Part shown: positions 9,918 to 17,088 of the stretch, piece after piece
Position numbering within the stretch: position 1 is the first letter of the stretch
Layout of the letters: each line of letters starts with the position of its first letter
DNA from: an uncultured bacterium
GTDB lineage: Bacteria > Chlamydiota > Chlamydiia > Chlamydiales > SM23-39
NCBI GenBank assembly: GCA_964630875.1
Contig: CAZVXF010000003.1
Coordinates: 13,404-77,403, forward strand
Reading direction: 5' to 3'
Length of the DNA: 64,000 nt
The notes under the pieces: generated by a model
Told to the model about the DNA's origin: nothing
The model's input: only the letters and a program-made list of their open reading frames with translations
Databases searched by the model: none
Position numbers and translations under genes: made by a program

Positions 9918-10985
9918 TTATTTCTTTCGAGCAACGATATAATGGCTTGTTGTGAATAGCCGCATACGATCTGCTTCGACAAATGCTTCGCCATCTTTGA
10001 CAAGCCTGTCAAACAGCGGCTTAAAATGTGCTGGCAGAATTTTGTAGCGAACGCAATAATGAATGAGTTTTGTGACGCGAGTGAAGAATTTGTCAGCATT
10101 TTGAATCAAAGGCGCTTGCAATCCGTCAATACTCGCATTTTCATTTTTGAGAATTTCAAAGCCGGCGTCTTCAAGAAGTCGAATGCAATTTTCGATGGAA
10201 TGTGTTCCAATAGCCCCGATTAAAGGTTTGACTCGTTTCATCAAGTCTGCATGATGAGGATTTTTTGCATCATAGGCACTTAAACTTACCCAGTCCAAAG
10301 AACCAAATTTACCACCTGGTTTTAATAGACGATGAATTTCCTTAAAGGTTTTTCCTAGATCTTTTGCAAGGCTAAAAAGACATTGAATTTGATATACATT
10401 GTCAAAAGAAGCATCTGGAAAGGCATAAGGAATTTGATTCACGTCACCTTGAACAAATTCAACTTTTTTTGAAAGACCATTTCCTGCAGCAAATTTACGT
10501 GCTTGTTGAAGTTGATCATTGTCGATATTCATTCCCGTTACATGCGCGCCTGACATTTGCGCCATGTGACTTGCAACACGCCCTCTTCCACAACCAAGAT
10601 CTAACACCTTCTGAGAGCGCGCAAGTCCCAAATCTTCACACATCATTTTTTCGAAGAGTTTCTGGTTTGTAATGATGCTTGCAGACAGATCCATTGCTGG
10701 AGGAATATACATTTTTTCTACTTGCCCAACAGAGCAAAGGTGATTGAGAACCGAGTAGTAGTCGACGATTTTTTTCTGCATCACTTTCTGGTAATCGTGC
10801 CCAAGCTCTGCAATGAGTCTTTCTTCATCTGCCCAATCATGATCGTAAATCACGTACGAATCGAGGAATGCGTCTACTTTTGCAGGGGGTAACGTGTAAA
10901 GAGTTTTCAACGACTTCAAAATGACTGTCAATCGATAAAGCCAGAATTGCGTTTTCGAAGAAACAGAAGAAATCAGTGTACTCAT
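9918..10985 (-). CDS. SAM-dependent methyltransferase of the sterol C-24 methyltransferase (Erg6/SMT) family
   Basis: Collinear with yeast Erg6 as I recall it: VLDLGCGRG, VTGMNI, FVQGD, FDNVYQIQ, LKPGGKF, DWV..YDAKNPHH and a C-terminal LFTTSHYIVARKK (Erg6 has LFTPMMLFVARKP). The YEYGWG sterol block is absent. Confidence 0.65.
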   Translation of the reverse strand: MSTLISSVSSKTQFWLYRLTVILKSLKTLYTLPPAKVDAFLDSYVIYDHDWADEERLIAELGHDYQKVMQKKIVDYYSVLNHLCSVGQVEKMYIPPAMDLSASIITNQKLFEKMMCEDLGLARSQKVLDLGCGRGRVASHMAQMSGAHVTGMNIDNDQLQQARKFAAGNGLSKKVEFVQGDVNQIPYAFPDASFDNVYQIQCLFSLAKDLGKTFKEIHRLLKPGGKFGSLDWVSLSAYDAKNPHHADLMKRVKPLIGAIGTHSIENCIRLLEDAGFEILKNENASIDGLQAPLIQNADKFFTRVTKLIHYCVRYKILPAHFKPLFDRLVKDGEAFVEADRMRLFTTSHYIVARKK

Positions 10986-11065
10986 GTTGAAGCCCTTTTA
11001 GCACAATACTATCAACGAAAATTTTCGATGTCTAGAAAATATTCAATTCTTGATAAACTGCTTTT

Positions 11066-12937
11066 ATGTCCGAAATTTTGAATCCCGAACAATCACAAGC
11101 CGTTCACTTTGGAGAAGGGCCCTTGCTTGTACTTGCAGGTGCAGGTTCTGGAAAAACGCGCGTCATTACATTTCGTATTGCCCATTTAATTGAAAGCGGA
11201 ATTGATCCTGAACAAATTCTCGCAGTCACTTTTACCAATAAAGCAGCCGAAGAGATGCGATCTAGAATTCATGCATTAACAAACAAACGCGTTTTAGCAA
11301 CAACATTCCATAGTCTAGGCGCACGCATTTTACGCGGATCCATTCATCAATTGGGCTATCAAAATACGTTTGCTATTTACGATGAGGATGATAGTGAAAA
11401 ACTACTGAAAAGTTGCTTAGATCAACTAGGATTTAGTGGCGTCGATAAAGGATTTGTCAAAGAAACGAAAACCTCGATGAGTGAGGCAAAAAACAATCTG
11501 TCCGAAATCAATGACCATGTACTTGCTCAAGTATATCACCTTTATAATCAGAAGCTTAAAGAATGTAATGCAGTTGACTTTGATGATCTTCTTTATTTAA
11601 CAGTGCAACTTTTACAAAATCATCCAGATATTCGAACCTACTATCAAAATAGATGGCGTTATGTCCTGATCGATGAATATCAAGATACCAATATTGCGCA
11701 GTATACAATCGCAAAAATTTTGAGTGAAAAAAACAAAAATATTTTTGTTGTGGGAGATCCCGACCAATCCATTTACTCTTGGCGTGGAGCTCGCTTTCAA
11801 AACATTTTGAATTTTGAGCGCGATTTTCCGGGCGCTGTTGTCATTACGCTTGATCAAAACTATCGAAGTACAAATACAATTCTAGAAGCAGCGAACGCAC
11901 TGATTGAACATAATTCGAATCGTTTTGAAAAGAAATTATGGAGTGAACTAGGCGTTGGTTCAAAAATTGGCCTCTATATCGGTTATAGCGAAAGACAAGA
12001 GGCAGACTTTGTCGCATCGCGTATCAATCAACATTTGCACTACGATTGCTCCTTGGATTCGATCGCGATTTTTTATCGAACAAATGCACAATCGCGCCCC
12101 TTTGAAGATGCGCTTCTTTCTCGAAGAATTCCTTATACAATCATTGGAGGCGTTTCTTTTTACGAAAGAAAAGAAGTTAAAGACATCCTTGCCTATTTGC
12201 GCATGCTCATCTCAAATTCCGATTTAATTTCATTTTTACGTACGATGAATGCTCCGAAAAGAGGCATTGGTCTTACATCTCTTGATAAGTTGGTCAATGC
12301 GGCCTCTAGTCACCAAATTCCCATTCTTACTTTTTGCGATGAGCATTTAGATACAGTTAAACTCGGCGCAAAACAAAGAGAAAGTCTTAAGAATTATATT
12401 CGTATGATTCATCATTTACGCTTGGCAACGCCTCAAATGAGTATCCATGAAGTCATTCAAGAAATCATTACGCAGACTGGATATCTTGCCTTTTTGCAAC
12501 AAGATCCAGACACTGCACAAGAAAGAAAAGAAAATATTGATGAGTTAATGGGAAAAGCAGCGGAATGGGAGGAGGAACAAGAAAATCCATCCATTCAACT
12601 CTTTTTAGAAGAGCTCGCTCTTCGATCGACGATCATCAAAGAAAACCCTGACGCACCATCCATCAAGATGATGACGCTTCACAATAGTAAAGGGCTTGAG
12701 TTTCCAATCGTCTTTTTAGCAGGCCTTGAAGAGGATTTGCTGCCTCATATTAATTCCAAAATGGACCCAGCTGCAATCGAGGAAGAGAGAAGACTTTGCT
12801 ACGTCGGCATTACAAGAGCTAAAAAAACCCTCTATCTCACAGCCTCAACCTACCGCTACACATGGGGGACAGAACGACTCATGGCCCCCTCACGCTTCTT
12901 ACGAGAGCTCCCGGAAGATCTGATTCTCCGATTGTAA
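11066..12937 (+). CDS. uvrD: ATP-dependent DNA helicase UvrD/PcrA family
   Basis: LVLAGAGSGKTRVITFRIAHLI (Walker A), VLIDEYQDTN, VGDPDQSIYSWRGA, LDQNYRST, MTLHNSKGLEFP and RLCYVGITRAK. Confidence 0.9.
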   Translation: MSEILNPEQSQAVHFGEGPLLVLAGAGSGKTRVITFRIAHLIESGIDPEQILAVTFTNKAAEEMRSRIHALTNKRVLATTFHSLGARILRGSIHQLGYQNTFAIYDEDDSEKLLKSCLDQLGFSGVDKGFVKETKTSMSEAKNNLSEINDHVLAQVYHLYNQKLKECNAVDFDDLLYLTVQLLQNHPDIRTYYQNRWRYVLIDEYQDTNIAQYTIAKILSEKNKNIFVVGDPDQSIYSWRGARFQNILNFERDFPGAVVITLDQNYRSTNTILEAANALIEHNSNRFEKKLWSELGVGSKIGLYIGYSERQEADFVASRINQHLHYDCSLDSIAIFYRTNAQSRPFEDALLSRRIPYTIIGGVSFYERKEVKDILAYLRMLISNSDLISFLRTMNAPKRGIGLTSLDKLVNAASSHQIPILTFCDEHLDTVKLGAKQRESLKNYIRMIHHLRLATPQMSIHEVIQEIITQTGYLAFLQQDPDTAQERKENIDELMGKAAEWEEEQENPSIQLFLEELALRSTIIKENPDAPSIKMMTLHNSKGLEFPIVFLAGLEEDLLPHINSKMDPAAIEEERRLCYVGITRAKKTLYLTASTYRYTWGTERLMAPSRFLRELPEDLILRL

Positions 12938-13567
12938 TTGCGAGGAAGCAGAAATATTTATCTTTTCTGGAAATCGAGATGCAATCTCCGGATCAACATT
13001 ACTTAATGATCTAAAACCCAAGCAAAGGAGTAAAGTTTTACTAAGAGATCCTGTATAAAATAATATAGTCGGTATTTGACTATTCGCTGGACTCGCATGA
13101 TACAGTTCATCGGCATGAGAAATAAAGACAAACTCTGCCCTCTTAGAATAGGCAATGCGTTGCAACAACTCAGGCCAACCAATTTTTGTCCTATAGTCGT
13201 TATCTCTAAGCTTGCGTGCGTCAAAACAATGAAATTTTAAGCCCAATTCATTTGCCATTTTCTTAGCTTGGGCCTCCTGCTCAGATTGAGAGCCATAAAA
13301 AAGAACTCGGGTTAGATTAGATTTATTCTGAATTGCATTTTGATTTTTCTTATTTAGTTTTTCAAGAGCTCCTGTTTCTATAGGCATTGGGGATGGTTTC
13401 GAAAAAGGGCGATTCAGAATTACAAATAAAAGGCCAATGCCAGAAAGCGCAAGCAGAACAATTGCGACTATAGGATTGGAAACTGTCTTCCGAATCTCAC
13501 AAAAAAGACGAGGAACACTACTTATGTTTCCAATATTCTCAGCATTCAATTGCATAAAAATCCTCAT
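12899..13567 (-). CDS. membrane-anchored degenerate AAA-like protein (P-loop lost)
   Basis: N-terminal TM (IVAIVLLALSGIGLLFVIL), then an AAA-collinear region. VLFYGSQSEQEAQAKKMANELGLKF stands where VLxYGPPGTGKT would be, EFVFISHADELY at Walker B, and ILFYTGSL...VDPEIASRFPEKINI. 4-nt overlap with the upstream AAA gene. Confidence 0.45.
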   Translation of the reverse strand: MRIFMQLNAENIGNISSVPRLFCEIRKTVSNPIVAIVLLALSGIGLLFVILNRPFSKPSPMPIETGALEKLNKKNQNAIQNKSNLTRVLFYGSQSEQEAQAKKMANELGLKFHCFDARKLRDNDYRTKIGWPELLQRIAYSKRAEFVFISHADELYHASPANSQIPTILFYTGSLSKTLLLCLGFRSLSNVDPEIASRFPEKINISASSQLQSENQIFRELS

Positions 13568-14544
13568 TCTGTTTCAGCGTGGGTTTTAAAGTATGTAATA
13601 ATGCTGTCCTTAATCGCTTCTTTAGTACTAACTGATCCTAATCTAACAGTATCACTCAGCGCATCAAGAGCATCCGATACTTGCCGACCTGATCTACCTA
13701 CAAATGCTTTGCTATTCACCAGAAAATTGGCCATATCCTGATTTAATAAATCTTTTATGCCCGGAATATTCCTGGCATGCGCAAGAAGAATGTCCTTCAT
13801 TGTTTTTGAATCTGGATTCCCAAGCTTCAGCTTATAGGTCATACGATCTAAAAGATTGGGATCAAGACCTTTCTCCTCCTTTGTATTGAAAAGAAACATG
13901 ATCTTATTTTTCTTTTCGGAGTACGTTAAAAATGCATCAAAGGCTCTGCTCACCTCTGGATCGTCTTTATATTTCAATACTAAATGTTTAGCATTATCGA
14001 TCACTAAAATAGTGGGACAAGACAGTTCGCAAAGAGACTTAAAGAATGTAGCTATTTTCACTGGATCCTGTGCTAAGGCAATAAATAAAGGTTCTGGAAA
14101 AAGAAAATAATTAGCGTTTGAATTACGTGCAATTACTTGGCATGCTGTTGTTTTTCCAGTTCCTATCGGTCCAATAAAAATTGCATGATTTAATCTTGTA
14201 TTTTTCTCAACCGCATCTTTACATGTCCTCTGAATTTTTGTATAAATATCAGTAATTTCAGAATTAAAAATTGGGGGTACTATTGGTACCTCGTTACGTG
14301 GATCTGTCCACCATTTTGTAGAATACATTTCCGGACATTTCACCATTTTAAAGGGATCTGTTTCTGTAGACGAAATGCATAGATTACAGAGATCGTATAT
14401 AGTGCGGATATGCCCACCCACGTTGACCGTAAAGGAGAGAGCCTTTTCCCATGTCACATCTGACCAATCAACATCTTTAAGTTGCTCCCATAACTTTCCT
14501 AAATCTATTTTATCCCAAAGCCAGTCAAGCCCTAAAAATCCCAT
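13564..14544 (-). CDS. AAA+ ATPase (classic AAA clade-like) with Walker B DN instead of DE
   Basis: AIFIGPIGTGKTTACQVIARN (Walker A), CPTILVIDNAKHL (Walker B position) and IMFLFNTKEEKGLDPNLLDRM...LGNPD (sensor-1 and arginine region). The reading frame continues upstream through one TAG into ORF 14560..14703. Confidence 0.75.
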   Translation of the reverse strand: MGFLGLDWLWDKIDLGKLWEQLKDVDWSDVTWEKALSFTVNVGGHIRTIYDLCNLCISSTETDPFKMVKCPEMYSTKWWTDPRNEVPIVPPIFNSEITDIYTKIQRTCKDAVEKNTRLNHAIFIGPIGTGKTTACQVIARNSNANYFLFPEPLFIALAQDPVKIATFFKSLCELSCPTILVIDNAKHLVLKYKDDPEVSRAFDAFLTYSEKKNKIMFLFNTKEEKGLDPNLLDRMTYKLKLGNPDSKTMKDILLAHARNIPGIKDLLNQDMANFLVNSKAFVGRSGRQVSDALDALSDTVRLGSVSTKEAIKDSIITYFKTHAETE

Positions 14545-14841
14545 AGTCGGTATTGAAGACTAAGTTTTTCGCGCCAAAACAGACGTGTTAATATTTGTAT
14601 CAGATAAACATGTATTCGTATCAATAGTCTTTGATTCTTGATTTCGTTGAATGTTTTCTTTAGGACATTGGGGATTCGTATTAAAAAAATTTCCTATTCT
14701 CATATAAGCCCTCCTTTTTAAAATTAGCTCTTTTTTTCAGACTTCTCGTCATTATTTCCTGTTATCCATTGATAAAGCCGTTTCACAGACATAACTCCTG
14801 CACTAACTACTGCGCTACCAATGACTACCTTTGTGACACCT
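14407..14841. repeat. segmental duplication, copy A (AAA 5' end + 47-aa ORF + 3' end of the 92-aa gene)
   Basis: Aligned by eye to 15625..16048 at offset 1218. There are 3 substitutions over the first ~300 nt, then a 1-nt indel, a short diverged patch and a 12-nt indel. Confidence 0.85.
14560..14703 (-). CDS. 47-aa ORF encoding the shared N-terminal module (MRIGNFF...TSVLARKT), in frame with the AAA+ gene
   Basis: Not in the ORF track (<60 aa). ATG 14703 is preceded by AAAGGAGGGCTTAT (strong SD). Hand translation: MRIGNFFNTNPQCPKENIQRNQESKTIDTNTCLSDTNINTSVLARKT*. It is a paralog of the N-termini of the 92-aa and ANK proteins. Confidence 0.5.
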   Translation of the reverse strand: MRIGNFFNTNPQCPKENIQRNQESKTIDTNTCLSDTNINTSVLARKT

Positions 14842-15002
14842 GCTAAAACTGCGCCTATTGTCCAACTGCATGGGTCGATGATCCCCATCGTGGGAAGTGA
14901 TGCAAAAACATCTCTAGCGACAACTTTTGTTTTGTCTTCTTGAGCTTGTTCAACGCGCTTTTCTCCTGATTGCTTAGGAAGAGAAATATTTTCAACTCTC
15001 AT
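14724..15002 (-). CDS. small membrane protein: N-module + VVARDVFASLPTMGIIDP motif + TM + basic tail
   Basis: 92-aa ORF starting 13 nt downstream of the CPBP gene. The hydrophobic segment CSWTIGAVLAGVTKVVIGSAVVSAGVMSV is followed by KR. Confidence 0.6.
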   Translation of the reverse strand: MRVENISLPKQSGEKRVEQAQEDKTKVVARDVFASLPTMGIIDPCSWTIGAVLAGVTKVVIGSAVVSAGVMSVKRLYQWITGNNDEKSEKKS

Positions 15003-15015
15003 AGTTTTTTTTCCT

Positions 15016-15465
15016 TTATAAAAATAGGGGTTTCAATGCCTGACAGTTATTCGCCATATGGGCTCCTATACTGCCTGCGATTTTAAGCTGAGATTCCTTA
15101 ATCATTCCAAGTTGTAGCCCAAGCAAAAATGCATATTCTTGATTCTGATGCGGGAAAGCAAAGAGAAAGGACGAAATGATAATTTGTGCGCTTTTCGCAA
15201 ATAACGGGGCAAATATTCTTTGCGAGGCCTTTTGTAAAATCACACCTTGGAGTAGACCTCGATAAAGGATTTCTTCATAAATAGGCGCAAAAAGAATTCC
15301 CAGACAAAGACATTGTATTTTTACGTCTCGATCTACTCGAGAAATATCTAGTGACTCTTTAGGTTTTTTGCAAATGATCAATTGAGAGAGCTTTTCAAGC
15401 GGGAAATATCCTAAAGCTCCAAGACCCAATCCGAAACAAAAACGCTTTGCAATATCTTGCATCAT
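15016..15465 (-). CDS. CPBP family intramembrane glutamic endopeptidase (CAAX protease/bacteriocin-processing family)
   Basis: All three family motifs are present: PIYEEILYRGLLQG (EExxxR), FLFAFPHQ (FxxxH) and GAHMANN (HxxxN). The protein is multi-pass hydrophobic. Confidence 0.8.
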   Translation of the reverse strand: MMQDIAKRFCFGLGLGALGYFPLEKLSQLIICKKPKESLDISRVDRDVKIQCLCLGILFAPIYEEILYRGLLQGVILQKASQRIFAPLFAKSAQIIISSFLFAFPHQNQEYAFLLGLQLGMIKESQLKIAGSIGAHMANNCQALKPLFL

Positions 15466-15619
15466 ATTTTAGCGGCAAAGATTAAGGAGTAAGTAATTTT
15501 TTTATCAATACTTTTTTGTTGCATTCTCTATCTTTGATTTTTTAAGATTGCTGATCTGAAAAATGGAGAACTTGTAAACAACTCTCGCGTAAACGCGAAA
15601 GCTTTATCGTCCGTTTATA

Positions 15620-15921
15620 GCGGCGATATGCCCACCCACGTTGACAGTAAAGGAGAGAGCCTTTTCCCATGTCACATCTGACCAATCAACATCTTTAAGT
15701 TGCTCCCATAACTTTCCTAAATCTATTTTATCCCAAAGCCAGTCAAGCCCTAAAAATCCCATAGTCGGTATTGAAGACTAAGTTTTTCGCGCCAAAACAG
15801 ACGTGTTAATATTTGTATCAGATAAACATGTATTCGTATCAATAGTCTTTGATTCTTGATTTCGTTGAATGTTTTCTTTAGGACATTGGAGATTCGTATC
15901 AAAAAAATTTCCTATTCTCAT
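15620..15921 (-). pseudogene. duplicated 47-aa N-module ORF plus a truncated 5' remnant (~46 codons) of the AAA+ gene
   Basis: Second copy of ATG/SD/47-aa ORF (two amino-acid differences, N8D and P11L), the same TAG, then MGFLGLDWLWDK...VNVGGHI. Homology stops at ~15625, so the ATPase domain is missing. Confidence 0.7.
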
Positions 15922-16048
15922 ATAAGCCCTCCTTTTTTAAAATCACTTATTCTCTTCTGCCTTATCGTCATTATTTCCTGTTATCCATTGATAAAGCCCT
16001 TTCACAGACATAACTACTGCGCTACCAATGACAACCTTTGTGTCACCT
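15625..16048. repeat. segmental duplication, copy B
   Basis: Near-identical to 14407..14841. See copy A. Confidence 0.85.
15943..16042 (-). pseudogene. orphan 3' remnant of a 92-aa-type small membrane protein gene
   Basis: Encodes ...GDTKVVIGSAVVMSVKGLYQWITGNNDDKAEENK*, compared with ...GVTKVVIGSAVVSAGVMSVKRLYQWITGNNDEKSEKKS* in the intact copy. It is out of frame with, and immediately downstream of, the ANK gene stop. Confidence 0.55.
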
Positions 16049-16498
16049 CTTGGAACGAGCACCGTACGACTTTAATAATGAAATCAACTCTTTATCATTT
16101 TTCTTTTTCGCTGTATCTAAAGGCGTATTGCCTTCATTATCAGGAATATTTGGATCGGCTCCATTTTCTAATAATAACTTACATATTCTAACACTATCAC
16201 CATCGCTTGGCAGTTTTACTTGAAAATGTAACGCTGTATTCCCATCATTGCTCCGGTGATTTATCATTGCTTTTTTAGATTTGATGTTCTGACGGTTCAT
16301 TTCTTGATTGTCTCCTTTCCAAGAAAAATAACCGATTACTAAAGCAGCGACCAATCCAACACTTAATGGATCAATGATCCCCATCGTAGGAAGTGATGCA
16401 AATACATCTCTAGCAACAACACTTGTTTTCCCTTTACTATCTTGTTCAGCACAAGATTGTATTGATTGACTTGATCTATAAAAATTTTCAATTCTCAT
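16043..16498 (-). CDS. N-module + VVARDVFASLPTMGIIDP + TM + ankyrin-repeat protein
   Basis: Start set at ATG 16498 (SD GGAGAAAGAGC). The track start 16561 is out-of-frame read-through of the CPBP2 tail. The C-terminus NDGNTALHF...LLENGADPNIPDNEGNTPLDTAKKKNDKELISLLKSYGA gives two ANK repeats. Confidence 0.75.
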   Translation of the reverse strand: MRIENFYRSSQSIQSCAEQDSKGKTSVVARDVFASLPTMGIIDPLSVGLVAALVIGYFSWKGDNQEMNRQNIKSKKAMINHRSNDGNTALHFQVKLPSDGDSVRICKLLLENGADPNIPDNEGNTPLDTAKKKNDKELISLLKSYGARSKR

Positions 16499-16954
16499 GC
16501 TCTTTCTCCATGATAAATAGTGATCTTTGCGCAAGACAGTTATTGGCCATATGAGCGCCAATACTACCTGCTAATTTTAGCTTCGATTCCTTGATCATCC
16601 CAAGTTCAAGCCTAGTAAAAGAGCATATTCCTTATGCCAATGCAACGATGCAAACAGGCACGAGACACTCAGTACTTGCATTCCACAAGCTAGAATAGAA
16701 GAGAAACACTTCTGGCAGACTTTTTGTAAAATAACTCCTTGAAGAAACCCTCGATAAATCGCCTCTTCATATACAGGAGCTAACAAAACACCACGACAAA
16801 CACATTCAATTTTTACATCAAGATCAATGGATGAATAATCGATTGATTTTTTACTCACTTCTCTTTGCATTAAGCAAGATACAAATTCATTTGGGAAATA
16901 CCCGACAACTCCAAGACACGCCCCGAAACCAAAACGCTTTGCAATGTTCATCAA
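16488..16954 (-). pseudogene. CPBP family protease paralog disrupted by a 1-nt deletion
   Basis: EEAIYRGFLQG and FASLH are present. At ~16597 the sequence reads gga tga where copy 1 has gga atg a. The shifted frame restores MIKESKLKLAGSIGAHMANNC (copy 1 has MIKESQLKIAGSIGAHMANNC), so the HxxxN motif is downstream of the frameshift. Confidence 0.7.
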
Positions 16955-17088
16955 AAACTCTGAAAGTGAGAAGCGATAGGTTTAAAACTATTTACAAGTC
17001 AATTTTTTTTAGTACTTCCTAAAAAATCTTTAATAAGCCATCATTTTATGATGTTTATTTTTTCAATCCAATAATAGGGAGGGATGCT

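Noticed and set aside
15466-15620. Small hairpin TCGCG-taaa-CGCGA in the spacer between the two cassettes, as a possible terminator
   Set aside because: It has only a 5-bp stem and no T-tract on either strand, so the evidence is insufficient.
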